A DNA stretch of 64,000 bases, taken from Candidatus Uhrbacteria bacterium (lineage in GTDB: Bacteria > Patescibacteriota > Patescibacteriia > UBA9934 > GWF2-40-263). The notes under the pieces are model-generated. The model was not told the DNA's origin. It ran no database searches and worked only from the letters and a program-made list of their open reading frames with translations. A program made the translations under genes and the position numbers. Below, piece after piece: positions 1 through 11,090 of the stretch (positions within the stretch are counted from its first letter, which is position 1; every line of letters begins with the position of its first letter). The stretch spans positions 76,708-140,707 of the forward strand of contig JBAXQK010000001.1 in the NCBI GenBank assembly GCA_037131775.1, written 5' to 3'.

Positions 1-2
1 GG

Positions 3-524
3 AAGACGATCCTTGCCAGCTTCTCCGACGTGACGAACAATCCGAAGTTCGAGGATGTCCTGCCGGTCGGGAAGATGATCGTCGACGAGTATTCGAAAGG
101 GACGTACCAGAAGGTGATCGTCGCCTACACCGACTTCATCAGCGCCCTGACGCAGAACCCGGTCGTGCTCGACCTTCTGCCGCTCGACAGCGTTGCCAGC
201 GAGAAGTTCGAGGACGGGGTCGGCAAGAATCCGACGACGGCGGTCGCGCACGAGACATCGACCACCGAGTACGCCTTCGAGCCATCGGCCGGAGCCGTCC
301 TAGACAAGATTCTCCCGCGGCTCATCGAGACGATGGTCTACCAGGCCGTGCTCGAGTCCGCCGCCTCCGAGCACTCGGCGCGCATGATGGCCATGCGCAG
401 CGCCAGCGACTCGGCCGGCGAAATGATCGACGCGCTTACCTTCACCTTTAACCAAGCCAGACAGGCTGGAATTACCCAGGAGATTGCGGAGATTAGCAGC
501 GGTAAGGCGGCCCTTGAGAATTAA
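3..524 (+). CDS. atpG: ATP synthase F1 gamma subunit (5' truncated by window edge)
   Basis: C-terminal signature ASEHSARMMAMRSASDSA...FNQARQAGITQEIAEI; directly upstream of atpD. Confidence 0.97.
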   Translation, partial: KTILASFSDVTNNPKFEDVLPVGKMIVDEYSKGTYQKVIVAYTDFISALTQNPVVLDLLPLDSVASEKFEDGVGKNPTTAVAHETSTTEYAFEPSAGAVLDKILPRLIETMVYQAVLESAASEHSARMMAMRSASDSAGEMIDALTFTFNQARQAGITQEIAEISSGKAALEN

Positions 525-1985
<1,461 letters not shown>

Positions 1986-1987
1986 AG

Positions 1988-2058
1988 GGTTTGTAGTGAG
2001 TAGTAGGTAGTGAGTAGTTTTACACAACTCACAACTCACGACTCACTACAAACTAAAC
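1988..2058. repeat. Mirrored 7-mer tandem array (AGTGAGT-type, then ACAACTC-type)
   Basis: GGTTTGT AGTGAGT AGTAGGT AGTGAGT ... ACAACTC ACAACTC ACGACTC ACTACAA ACTAAAC between atpD stop and atpC start. Confidence 0.9.
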
Positions 2059-2063
2059 CCCCT

Positions 2064-2480
2064 ATGAAAATCTCACTCAAAATCGTAACGCCAGAGCGCG
2101 TCGTCTACGAGGACGCCGCCATCGATTCGGTCACCGCCATGACGGACTCGGGCGAGGTGACGATCTTGCCGGGCCACGTCCCGCTCGTGTCGAACCTTCG
2201 TGCCGGCGAGATGCGGCTCATGAAGGACGGCGAGGAAATCCTCCTTGCGGCGTCCACGGGATTCCTCCAGGTGAACGCGGGATCGCAAGTCGTGATCCTC
2301 GCAGACACCGCCGAGCGCGTCGAGGAACTCGAGCTCGCCAAGATCGAGACCGCCAAGGAGCACGCCCAGAAGCTGATGCTCGAGAAACACGTCGATGACG
2401 TCTCGTTCGCCCACGCGGCCGCGATGTTGGAGAGGGAACTGGCGCGGTACAAGGTGGCGATGAAGAAGCGGAAGCACTAG
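2064..2480 (+). CDS. atpC: ATP synthase F1 epsilon subunit
   Basis: LKIVTPERVVY, GEVTILPGHVPLVS; start at ATG 2064. Confidence 0.97.
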   Translation: MKISLKIVTPERVVYEDAAIDSVTAMTDSGEVTILPGHVPLVSNLRAGEMRLMKDGEEILLAASTGFLQVNAGSQVVILADTAERVEELELAKIETAKEHAQKLMLEKHVDDVSFAHAAAMLERELARYKVAMKKRKH

Positions 2481-2493
2481 GCCAATAAACATT

Positions 2494-2535
2494 GACGATC
2501 CCCGCCACTTAGTGACGGGGATCGTTTCGTTTATT
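2494..2535 (+). terminator. Intrinsic terminator of atp operon
   Basis: GACGATCCCCGCCAC-TTA-GTGACGGGGATCGTT hairpin followed by a T-rich run. Confidence 0.75.
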
Positions 2536-2552
2536 AGTCTTTTCGCGCTTGA

Positions 2553-2580
2553 AAGAAAAAACCGACGCGAGGGGCGTCGG
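2553..2580 (-). terminator. Intrinsic terminator of orphan gene 2588-2857
   Basis: minus strand CCGACGC-CCCTC-GCGTCGG-TTTTTTCTTT just after the stop. Confidence 0.75.
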
Positions 2581-2587
2581 CGGAGGC

Positions 2588-2857
2588 TTAGTCGAGCCCT
2601 TCCCGGATCTCGATCTGGGACGGGTCGACCTTGTTGATCGCCGCGAGGACGAGCGTGGCCGTCTCGCGGGTGATGGCGGGGGAAACGATGGCGTCGTACC
2701 CGCCGTCGTCACTCCGTTCGAAGACGAACTCGACGGGGCCCGTGCCGGGCGATGCGTCGATCGTTACGAATGGATGCCGCTTGTTCTTGGGAACAAAGTC
2801 TTCCCAAGTCATGTTGTCGTCGTTGAAACCGCCGGGGGCAGAATAGATGATCGGCAA
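2588..2857 (-). CDS. Small acidic orphan protein (89 aa)
   Basis: TTG start with GGAG 8 nt upstream; has its own promoter and terminator; no family recognised. Confidence 0.65.
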   Translation of the reverse strand: MPIIYSAPGGFNDDNMTWEDFVPKNKRHPFVTIDASPGTGPVEFVFERSDDGGYDAIVSPAITRETATLVLAAINKVDPSQIEIREGLD

Positions 2858-2923
2858 GGTTGATTCTCCATGGGTCGTTCAGACCCGCATTGAGTGACAC
2901 GAGCAAGGAACAGACGGATGGCG

Positions 2924-2974
2924 AGGATACAGGAAAAATGGCCGTCTGTCAAGATACGGAGGCAGTGCTATAAT
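2924..2974. promoter_or_regulatory. Back-to-back divergent sigma70-type promoters
   Basis: minus strand TTGACA(2952-2947)-N17-TATCCT(2929-2924); plus strand TGcTATAAT (-10 at 2969-2974) 9 nt before the uvrD ATG. Confidence 0.7.
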
Positions 2975-2983
2975 GCGCCCACT

Positions 2984-5896
2984 ATGTCCGACCTCCTCCA
3001 AAACCTCAACCCGGAACAATCCGCCGCCGTGACGCACCGCGACGGGCCGCTTATGATCGTCGCCGGGGCCGGGACGGGGAAGACGACCGTGATTACGAAG
3101 CGGATCGCGTACCTGATCGAACAGGGACTGGCGAAGCCGGAGAATATCCTCGCGCTCACGTTTACGGACAAGGCAGCGGGCGAGATGGAGGAGCGCGTCG
3201 ATTGTCTTTTGCCGTACGGGTATCTTGAATTATCGATTTCGACGTTCCACGCGTTTTGCGAGAAGCTGCTGCGCGAATACGGCGTTGAGATCGGCCTGTC
3301 GCGCGACTTCCACGTTTCGTCGGAGCTCGACGCGTGGCTGCTTGCGCGTCGAAACCTCGAGCGATTCGAGCTCGATTATTATCGTCCGCTCGGGAACCCG
3401 ACGAAGTACCTGCGCGGCTTGCTTACGCATTTCTCGCGCGCCAAGGACGCAGCGATCGACCCGGCGGGGTATCTGGCGCATGCGAATGCTCGAAACGAAG
3501 CTAGCGGGACTAAAGTCCCTGGGAATCTTGATGAGACGGACGATGAAGCCGTCTCGGACATTAAGAGACTGACCGAGCTCGCCAACGGTTACAACACCTA
3601 TCAGTCGATTCTCCTCGAGAACGACACGCTCGACTTCGGCGACTTGCTCATGTACACGCTGAAGCTCCTCCGCGAGCGTCCGCGAGTCCTCGAGGCGCTG
3701 CGACGGCGGTACACCTACGTCCTCGTCGACGAGTTCCAGGATACGAACCTCACGCAGTACGAGATCGTCAAGCTGATCGCGGCTCCGCGGAACAATATCA
3801 CGATCGTGGGCGACGACGACCAGGCGGTGTACTCGTGGCGCGGGGCGACGATTGAGAATATCCTGACGTTTCAGACGGACTATCCGGACGCGAAGAAGAT
3901 CGTTCTGACGCAGAACTACCGGTCCGTCCAGAAGATCCTCGACCACGCGCACTCGTTCATCCAGGCGAACAATCCGCACCGGCTCGAGTCGATTGGTAAT
4001 CTCGACAAGAAGCTACAGTCCAATCGTACCGACGAGGGAATCGTCGGTCACATCCACGTGCCGACGCTCGATGAGGAGACCGAGGCCGTCGCCCAAAAAA
4101 TACTCGACCTACGTGTCGCGCATCCCGACATGAGCTGGAGCGACGTGGCCATTTTGTCGCGCTCGAACGATGCGGCCGTGCCGTTCCTCTCGACGATGGA
4201 GCGCCACGGGATCCCGTACCAGTTCATGGCCCTTCGCGGCCTGTACGCCAAGCCGATCGTCCTCGACCTCATGGCCTACCTCCGCGCCGTCGCGACTCCT
4301 CACGACAGCCCGTCGTTCTATCGCGTCCTCGCGCACCCGATGCACAACCTCCCGCATCTCGCCATCGCCGAGCTGTCGCAGTTCGCCAACCGAAAAGGGA
4401 AGTCGTTGTTCGACGCGTGCAACATGATTTTGGAGTTGAATACGATAAGTGCTCAAGCCATCGAGACGGTCCAGAACCTCCTTGTTCAGATCGAATCCTT
4501 CCGCCAGTCCGCCGCACACGGAAAGGTCTCAGAGCACTTCGTCAAAGTCGCCCGCGACGCCGGGTTCGTCGCGTTCGCCAACGATCTTCCCGAGCAGGAC
4601 AAGATGGACAACTTCCGCTATCTCCAACAGTTCTACGAGCGCCTCAAGCGGTTCGAGGCCTCGCACGACCATCCGATCCTCCGCAACTTCCTCGACGAGT
4701 TCCAGCAGGAGCTCGACGCGGGCGAGGAGGGATCGCTCACGTTCGATCCGGACGTCGGCCCGGACATGGTTCGCGTCATGACCGTCCACGCCTCGAAGGG
4801 CCTCGAGTTCCGCTTCGTGTTCGTCATCTCGATGATCGATCAACGCTTTCCGTCCGTGTCGCGCGCGGAGGCGATCTCGCTTCCAGACGGACTGACCGGA
4901 CCGTCGAAGTCGACGGACGGCGAAGACGACAAGCTCGCGCATCTCGAGGAAGAGCGCCGGTTGTTTTACGTCGCGATTACGCGCGCGAAGGAACAGCTCT
5001 ACCTCACGTCCGCCGACGACTACGGCGGATCGCGCAAGCGCAAGCTGTCGCGGTTCCTCACCGAGCTCGGGTTCGACAAGCCGGCCGGCCGAGACGCGAC
5101 GAAGGCCGACCCGTTCACCGACGACCCGTCCGTCCCGCCGCCGACCGCCGAAGCCCCAATCATCCACCTCCCAAAACAATTCTCCTTCACCCAACTCTCC
5201 GCCTTCAAAACCTGCCCGCTCCAATATAAATTCGCCCACGTCCTCAAAATCCCCGTCTTCGGAAAAGCCTCGTTCTCGTTCGGAAAGACCATGCACGAGA
5301 CGCTTCATCGTTACTTCGTCGAGTGGATGGACCAAGAATCGCCCGTCCCCCTCGACGATCTCTACCGGCTCTTCGACGAGAACTGGCAGGACGACTGGTA
5401 CGAGGACGATCTCGAACGCGAGAAGTTCCGCACGCAAGGCCGCGATCAGCTCAAAGCATTCTTCGACTTTCTCAAGGACCATCCGCCGGCTCCGGTGTAC
5501 CTCGAGCAAGACTTCACACTCAAGTTCGGCGACACTATCCTCAAGGGCCGCATCGACCGCATCGATACGGTCGAGGGCGGCGTCGAGATCATCGACTACA
5601 AGACGGGAACTCCGAAGGTCGACGGCAAGATCGACGCGTCCGACAAGGAACAGCTGTACCTCTACCAGATGGCCGCCCGCGACATCCTCGGTCTGAACGT
5701 CGTGAAACTCACCTACCACTATCTCCAGGACAACTCGCAGGTTTCCTTCATCGGCGACCCGGACGACCTGCTCAACCTCCAGGAAAAAATCCTCGACCGC
5801 GTGGACGGGATCAAGAAGAGCTCGTTCATCGCGACCCCGGGATTCCACTGCCAGTTCTGCGACTTCAAGGATATTTGCGAATTTAGACAACGTTAG
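2984..5896 (+). CDS. UvrD/PcrA-family SF1 helicase fused to C-terminal PD-(D/E)XK nuclease with Fe-S cysteines (AdnAB/AddAB-like architecture)
   Basis: AGAGTGKT, VDEFQD, TVHASKGLEF, EERRLFYVAITRA; GRIDRID...IIDYKTG; CPLQY...CQFCDFKDIC. Confidence 0.93.
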   Translation: MSDLLQNLNPEQSAAVTHRDGPLMIVAGAGTGKTTVITKRIAYLIEQGLAKPENILALTFTDKAAGEMEERVDCLLPYGYLELSISTFHAFCEKLLREYGVEIGLSRDFHVSSELDAWLLARRNLERFELDYYRPLGNPTKYLRGLLTHFSRAKDAAIDPAGYLAHANARNEASGTKVPGNLDETDDEAVSDIKRLTELANGYNTYQSILLENDTLDFGDLLMYTLKLLRERPRVLEALRRRYTYVLVDEFQDTNLTQYEIVKLIAAPRNNITIVGDDDQAVYSWRGATIENILTFQTDYPDAKKIVLTQNYRSVQKILDHAHSFIQANNPHRLESIGNLDKKLQSNRTDEGIVGHIHVPTLDEETEAVAQKILDLRVAHPDMSWSDVAILSRSNDAAVPFLSTMERHGIPYQFMALRGLYAKPIVLDLMAYLRAVATPHDSPSFYRVLAHPMHNLPHLAIAELSQFANRKGKSLFDACNMILELNTISAQAIETVQNLLVQIESFRQSAAHGKVSEHFVKVARDAGFVAFANDLPEQDKMDNFRYLQQFYERLKRFEASHDHPILRNFLDEFQQELDAGEEGSLTFDPDVGPDMVRVMTVHASKGLEFRFVFVISMIDQRFPSVSRAEAISLPDGLTGPSKSTDGEDDKLAHLEEERRLFYVAITRAKEQLYLTSADDYGGSRKRKLSRFLTELGFDKPAGRDATKADPFTDDPSVPPPTAEAPIIHLPKQFSFTQLSAFKTCPLQYKFAHVLKIPVFGKASFSFGKTMHETLHRYFVEWMDQESPVPLDDLYRLFDENWQDDWYEDDLEREKFRTQGRDQLKAFFDFLKDHPPAPVYLEQDFTLKFGDTILKGRIDRIDTVEGGVEIIDYKTGTPKVDGKIDASDKEQLYLYQMAARDILGLNVVKLTYHYLQDNSQVSFIGDPDDLLNLQEKILDRVDGIKKSSFIATPGFHCQFCDFKDICEFRQR
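3504..3526 (+). repeat. REP-like hairpin element CGGGACTAAAGTCCCTGGGAAT, single copy in frame in the helicase
   Basis: identical to both arms of the inverted pair at 49641-49691; translated as SGTKVPGN. Confidence 0.88.
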
Positions 5897-5972
5897 GCCG
5901 CAGGCACGAATGCCGAGAGGCCGTAGGGGAACGCGTCCACCTACGGCCTCTCATCCTACGGCCTTCAATCCT
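5894..5972. repeat. Mirrored degenerate ~7-mer array (AGGCCGT / CCTACGG type)
   Basis: taggccgcaggcac...gagaggccgtagg then cctacggcctctcat cctacggccttcaat, spanning stop to start. Confidence 0.65.
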
Positions 5973-5973
5973 T

Positions 5974-6276
5974 ATGGACTCCCTCAAGGGCCTGCTCTCA
6001 AACATGCTCGCGCGGCATCAGATCACCAAGCAGGTGACCACCGCGCGGATTATCGAGGAGGCGAACGCCGCGATCGCGGCGTTGCTTCCGGCTGGGCGAG
6101 AGGGCGACGCGACGGCGGTATCGGTCCGCGAGGGGACCGTCGCCGTGAGTTGTCGCAATGCCGGGGCGGCGGCGTTTCTGCACGATCGCGAGGAACCGAT
6201 TCTCGTCTCGATCAAGAAGGCGCTGCCCGGCGCGCAGGTCGATCGGGTGCGGACCAGGGTGAGTGGTGGGTGGTAA
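5974..6276 (+). CDS. DUF721 / DciA-like protein
   Basis: ~100 aa; helix + beta (AVSVREGTVAVSC) + LHDREEPILVSIKK pattern typical of DUF721. Confidence 0.65.
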   Translation: MDSLKGLLSNMLARHQITKQVTTARIIEEANAAIAALLPAGREGDATAVSVREGTVAVSCRNAGAAAFLHDREEPILVSIKKALPGAQVDRVRTRVSGGW

Positions 6277-6320
6277 GTGGTTAGTGGTATACTACTCACT
6301 ACAAACCACTCACTACTCAC
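6258..6320. repeat. Mirrored 7-mer tandem array (GGTRAGT / ACTACTC)
   Basis: GGTGAGT GGTGGGT GGTAAGT GGTTAGT ggtat ACTACTC ACTACAA ACCACTC ACTACTC; supplies the last codons and the TAA of the DUF721 gene. Confidence 0.9.
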
Positions 6321-6322
6321 CT

Positions 6323-6706
6323 GTGACCTTCAAGCAGTTTCTCATCCTGATGTTGATCACCACCGGCGCCGCGTGGTTCGCGTTCGGCGCCGTCGTGTGG
6401 TCCATCGATCCGACGCGGTCGGGGACGCTTGGGTTCGCGTTCTTCTACGCGACGCTCTCGCTCGCGCTCATCGGGACGCTTACCATCTGCGGGACCGGGC
6501 TCCGGACGCTGACGCACCGCGACGAGATTATCTCGCGCCACGTCTCCAAGGCATTCCGCCAGGCGTTTCTCTTTACCGTCCTCGTGGATGTTTCGCTCGC
6601 CCTCTCCGCGGAGGACTTCTTTCGATGGTGGACCGCCACGATCCTGATCCTGCTACTTGCCGTGGTCGAACTCGTGTTCATGAGCGCACAACGTCCGAGA
6701 GGTTAG
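6323..6706 (+). CDS. Four-TM membrane protein upstream of mreB
   Basis: hydrophobic ORF; GTG start at 6323 right after the repeat; SKAFRQAFLF motif. Confidence 0.75.
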   Translation: MTFKQFLILMLITTGAAWFAFGAVVWSIDPTRSGTLGFAFFYATLSLALIGTLTICGTGLRTLTHRDEIISRHVSKAFRQAFLFTVLVDVSLALSAEDFFRWWTATILILLLAVVELVFMSAQRPRG

Positions 6707-6773
6707 CCATAATTTTCACCTTGCGAAACCGGGCGTGAACGGGTAAAGTAACGAGGCTAAACGCCTTGTTTTT

Positions 6774-7826
6774 ATGTTCAACAAACTGCTCGGAAAATTC
6801 TCGAAGGACCTGGGGATCGACCTTGGGACCGCCAATACGCGGGTATTCGTGCGCGAGAAGGGAATCATGGTCAACGAGCCGTCCGTCGTCGCAGTCAACA
6901 CGCGCACCGACCAGATTCTGGCCGTGGGCTCCGACGCCCGCGACATGATCGGCAAGACCCCGCCGCACATCATGACCACGCGGCCGCTGCACAAGGGCGT
7001 TATCTCGGACTTCGAGGTGGCGGAGAAAATGCTGAAGTACTTCATCGACCGCGTGCACAAGGAATCGTTCACCATCGTCCCGCGCCCGCGCATCGTCATC
7101 GGCGTTCCACTCGAGACGACGGAGGTCGAGCGCAAGGCCATCGAGGACGCCGCGCTTTCTGCCGGCGCCCGCGAGGTGTTTCTCGTGGAGACGCCGATGC
7201 TCTCGGCCATCGGCGCGCGCCTTCCCATCACGGAGTCCGTCGGCATGATGGTCGTGGACATCGGCGGGGGGACGACGGAGATCGCCGTGCTGTCGCTCGG
7301 CGGAGTCGTCACGTGGAAGTCGCTTCCGATCGCCGGCGACGAGCTGAACAAGAACATTGTTCAGTACGCGCGCGACGTGTTCAACCTGCTGCTCGGCGAG
7401 CGCGTGGCCGAGGCGGTGAAGATTCGCATCGGGTCCGTGATCGATCAGACCGAGCCGCTCTCGATGGAGATGCGCGGACGCGACCTTCTCTCGGGGCTTC
7501 CGAAAGAGATCATCGTCACGGATTCCCAGATTCGCGAAGCGATCCAGCGATCCGTCGCCACCATCGTCCAGAATATCAAGGCAACTCTCGAGGTTACCCC
7601 TCCGGAGCTGGTCGCGGACATCTATGAGCGGGGAATCGTCCTTACCGGCGGAGGTTCCATGCTGCGTGGCATCGAACAGCTCATCGCGCGCCAGGCCGAG
7701 ATCCCGGTGCGCGTCGCGGAAGATCCTCTCACCTGTGCCGTTCGCGGCGCCGGAGCCCTGCTTGAAAACGACGCGCTTCTCAAGGACCTTGCCCTCCCTT
7801 CGGCGAGCCACGGAAGCATCATCTAG
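6774..7826 (+). CDS. mreB: Rod shape-determining protein MreB
   Basis: GIDLGTANT, EPSVVA, VDIGGGTTE, LTGGGSML. Confidence 0.98.
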   Translation: MFNKLLGKFSKDLGIDLGTANTRVFVREKGIMVNEPSVVAVNTRTDQILAVGSDARDMIGKTPPHIMTTRPLHKGVISDFEVAEKMLKYFIDRVHKESFTIVPRPRIVIGVPLETTEVERKAIEDAALSAGAREVFLVETPMLSAIGARLPITESVGMMVVDIGGGTTEIAVLSLGGVVTWKSLPIAGDELNKNIVQYARDVFNLLLGERVAEAVKIRIGSVIDQTEPLSMEMRGRDLLSGLPKEIIVTDSQIREAIQRSVATIVQNIKATLEVTPPELVADIYERGIVLTGGGSMLRGIEQLIARQAEIPVRVAEDPLTCAVRGAGALLENDALLKDLALPSASHGSII

Positions 7827-7829
7827 CCC

Positions 7830-8621
7830 ATGAGACGCGATACCAGGCGCATGCTGTTTCCAGGAATGGCGATCGCTTCGATCGTCATTCTTGCGATATT
7901 CTTTCGGGGTTCGCTTTCGGACGCGCTCGCATTCGTACAGCGTCCCCTTGCCGCCTTTGGCACATGGATCGGAAACAAGACGGTCGGAGCGTTCGACGCG
8001 GCCACGGTGTCTCCCGAGCGCGTTGCCAATCTGGAGACCGAGCGGGATCAGGTCGTCGTCGACCACGCGGAACTCGAGCGTTTGCGCGTCGAGAACCAGG
8101 AGTTGCGTACCCAGCTTGGGTTTTTGGACCGACGAGGGGAACGGTCGGTCGCCTGTTCGATCGTGAGCCGATCGATTGGTCCGGACGCGTCGGCGTTCGT
8201 CATCGACCGCGGGACGGACGACGGCGTCATCGTCGGGGCTCCGGCCATTTCCGGGGATGGTATCCTGGTCGGGAAGGTCGTGTCCGCATACTCCGGGTCC
8301 GCGACGGTCCGCGTCATCTCCGACCGAGACTCGGCGACCGCGGTGACCATTCTAAACGGAACGCGCACGATCGGCATCGCGGAAGGGATGTCCGGCGCGC
8401 TTCTCTCGCTCCGATACATTCCCCAGGACGAGCGCATCCAGGTCAATGACATCGTCGTCACCTCCGGCCTCGAGTCGAACGTCCCGAGCGGACTTGTCGT
8501 CGGCATCGTCAACGCCGTGACGACGGACGCGACCGCGCCGTTCCAATCCGCGGTGCTCGAACCTCTTGGCGACGCGCGCCGACTAAGCGTCGTGTCCGTG
8601 CTCCTGCCGGAATCCCTATGA
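7830..8621 (+). CDS. mreC: Rod shape-determining protein MreC
   Basis: N-terminal TM, coiled coil (LRVENQELRTQL), IDRGTDDGV, VVTSGL; follows mreB. Confidence 0.93.
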   Translation: MRRDTRRMLFPGMAIASIVILAIFFRGSLSDALAFVQRPLAAFGTWIGNKTVGAFDAATVSPERVANLETERDQVVVDHAELERLRVENQELRTQLGFLDRRGERSVACSIVSRSIGPDASAFVIDRGTDDGVIVGAPAISGDGILVGKVVSAYSGSATVRVISDRDSATAVTILNGTRTIGIAEGMSGALLSLRYIPQDERIQVNDIVVTSGLESNVPSGLVVGIVNAVTTDATAPFQSAVLEPLGDARRLSVVSVLLPESL

Positions 8622-9151
8622 TGAAGGCGCTGGCCCTCTCGATTCTGTTTCTCCTGCTCGCCATCGTCCAGACGAGCTTCTTTTCGGCGCTTCCCGGAAT
8701 CCTCGCCTATGCGCCGCTCGTGATCGCGGCCGGCATCTATCTTCGCCAGCACGTCCAAGAACCTTCCGGGGCGTTCTGGATCGTTACGTTTGGGCTTTTT
8801 CTCGACATGCTCGCAATCCCGTCGTTTCCGCTTGAGACGATTTCGTATGGCGCGGCCGCCATCGCGGTTTCCCTCACGTCCCAGCATGTCTTTTCAAATC
8901 GTTCCTGGTACGGCCTGATCGCATGCGGGGGATCGGCGATCGTCGCGATGAACGTGACGCGCGCGGTCATCCTCGGCATCGTCGCGCTCCGTCATCCGGA
9001 GCGCGTCTCCTGGCACGCGTTCGGTGAAACGCTCCTCTGGAACCTGGTACTCCTATTCGTTTTCCTCGCGATTTTCTTCGCGTTTGCCGGCCAGATCCGT
9101 TCGTTCCTGAAAACGACCTTCATGATCTCCAAGGATCGTGACACGCTGTAA
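8618..9151 (+). CDS. mreD: MreD-like multi-pass membrane protein
   Basis: 177 aa, ~5 TM, GLFLD motif, positioned between mreC and mrdA. Confidence 0.65.
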   Translation: MMKALALSILFLLLAIVQTSFFSALPGILAYAPLVIAAGIYLRQHVQEPSGAFWIVTFGLFLDMLAIPSFPLETISYGAAAIAVSLTSQHVFSNRSWYGLIACGGSAIVAMNVTRAVILGIVALRHPERVSWHAFGETLLWNLVLLFVFLAIFFAFAGQIRSFLKTTFMISKDRDTL

Positions 9152-9155
9152 TCCT

Positions 9156-11072
9156 GTGGGAAACCCATTTTTTATCCAATCAAACCACCTTGGTTCCGTC
9201 CGGACGTCACGCGAGCTGACGGCGCTCGACGAGGGACCGGGATCCACGTTCGGCGCGGCGAGCGCCGAACGCCAGTTTTTGGGATCGACCATTCCCGCGA
9301 GGCGGTTCTGGCTCGCCGCGTTCGGGTTTTCCGTCGCGATCGGCATCCTGCTTGCCCGCGCCGTGGAGTTACAGATCGTCCGTGGCGCGCAGTACGCCTC
9401 GCTGGCCGAGTCGAATCGCGTTCGTTCCTACACCGTCGTTCCACCGCGCGGGATCGTCTCTGACCGGTTCGGCACGCCGCTCATCCAGAACGTCCCGGCG
9501 TTCGTGTTCTCAATGACCTTCGCGGACATGCCGAAGGACAAGACGGAACGCGACCAAGTCGTCGCGCGGGCGGCCGACCTCGCGGGAGTGTCCCGAACGG
9601 ACATTGACCTTCTCCTGACCGAGGCGCAAAAGAGCCCATACGACGCGTTTGCCGTTAAGAAGGGGATTCCTTACGAGGCGGCCATGCGGCTTGCCATCGA
9701 GGCGGCGTCGATCCCCGGGTTTGCACTCGACACGTCCACGATTCGCGCGTACCCCAAAAGCGCGCCGACCCTTTCACACGTGCTCGGATACACAGGAAAG
9801 ATCAGCGCCGACGACTACGAGGCGAGGAAGGCGGACGGCTATCGCGCCGTAGATGAGATCGGAAAAGCGGGATTGGAGCGGACAGAAGAGACCTTGTTGC
9901 GCGGAACCCCTGGAAAGCTGTCCGTTGAGGTCGACGCCCGCGGAAGGGAACTCTCGGTGGATGGAAAGACCGACCCTGTTCCCGGTCAGAACCTGACGCT
10001 GACGATCGACCTTCCACTCCAGCAGTTCATCGAGGCGCGCCTGACGGACGTTCTCCAAAGACTGAAGCTGCCGAAGGGGGTCGTTGTCGCCATCGATCCG
10101 CGCAACGGAGCGGTGCGCGCCCTGGTCAGCATGCCGACCTTCGACAGCAACGCGTTTTCGAACGGAATCGACTCTGACCTGTACCAACGGCTGATCACGG
10201 ACAAGGACCAGCCGCTGTTCTCGCGCGCGATCGCGGGCGAATATCCTCCTGGTTCGACCTTCAAGCCGTATGTGTCATACGCGGCGCTTTCGGAGGGTCT
10301 GGTTACCCCAAGCACATCGTTTCTTTCCACCGGAGGGCTCCGAGTGGGCGAATGGTTCTTTCCGGATTGGAAGGCCGGCGGACATGGGATTACCGACGTC
10401 CGGAAGGCCCTTGCCTGGTCGGTGAACACCTATTTTTACATCGTCGGTGGCGGATACGAGCAACAAACGGGTCTTGGCGTGGAACGAATCACAAAGAACG
10501 CCGCCCTGTTCGGATTCGGCGCGAAGACCGGGATCGCGCTTCCCGGCGAGGCGGACGGATTTCTTCCAAGCAAGGATTGGAAGCAGGAGGCGAAGGGCGA
10601 GCGATGGTACGTCGGCGACACCTATCACCTCGCCATCGGGCAGGGCGACGCGCTCGCCACGCCGCTCCAGGTCGCGGTCGCGGATGCCGCGATCGGAAAC
10701 GGAGGGACGCGTTTCGTCCCGCACCTGGTCGAAAAGATTGGCGACAAGCCCGTTGCGCCGGAACCGGTCGACGTGACGCTGAACAAGGATTCCGTCCAGG
10801 TCGTCCGCGAGGGGATGCGGGGCGCCGTGACGTACGGCAGCGCCCGCTTTCTCAATTCGCTGGCGCTTCCCGTCGCGGGAAAGACGGGCACCGCGCAGTC
10901 GTCCATCGACAAGCCGACGCACGCGTGGTTCGAGGGGTTCGGCCCGTACGACGATCCGACGCTCGCCGTCGTCGTCCTCGTGGAGAATGGCGGGGAAGGG
11001 TCGTCGGTCGCCGTCCCGCTCGCAAAGGACATCTTCGAGTGGTGGTTCGCAAATCGACAGGCAACGGAGTAA
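9156..11072 (+). CDS. mrdA: Penicillin-binding protein 2
   Basis: RGIVSDRFG, YPPGSTFK (SxxK), SVN (SxN), KTGTAQ; GTG 9156 preferred to 9138. Confidence 0.95.
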   Translation: MGNPFFIQSNHLGSVRTSRELTALDEGPGSTFGAASAERQFLGSTIPARRFWLAAFGFSVAIGILLARAVELQIVRGAQYASLAESNRVRSYTVVPPRGIVSDRFGTPLIQNVPAFVFSMTFADMPKDKTERDQVVARAADLAGVSRTDIDLLLTEAQKSPYDAFAVKKGIPYEAAMRLAIEAASIPGFALDTSTIRAYPKSAPTLSHVLGYTGKISADDYEARKADGYRAVDEIGKAGLERTEETLLRGTPGKLSVEVDARGRELSVDGKTDPVPGQNLTLTIDLPLQQFIEARLTDVLQRLKLPKGVVVAIDPRNGAVRALVSMPTFDSNAFSNGIDSDLYQRLITDKDQPLFSRAIAGEYPPGSTFKPYVSYAALSEGLVTPSTSFLSTGGLRVGEWFFPDWKAGGHGITDVRKALAWSVNTYFYIVGGGYEQQTGLGVERITKNAALFGFGAKTGIALPGEADGFLPSKDWKQEAKGERWYVGDTYHLAIGQGDALATPLQVAVADAAIGNGGTRFVPHLVEKIGDKPVAPEPVDVTLNKDSVQVVREGMRGAVTYGSARFLNSLALPVAGKTGTAQSSIDKPTHAWFEGFGPYDDPTLAVVVLVENGGEGSSVAVPLAKDIFEWWFANRQATE

Positions 11073-11090
11073 CGACTATACTAAGATCCT

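Noticed and set aside
5153-5260. G-depleted C/A-rich stretch inside the helicase-nuclease gene
   Set aside because: It encodes the conserved start of the nuclease domain (FSFTQLSAFKTCPLQY) with no periodicity or hairpin.
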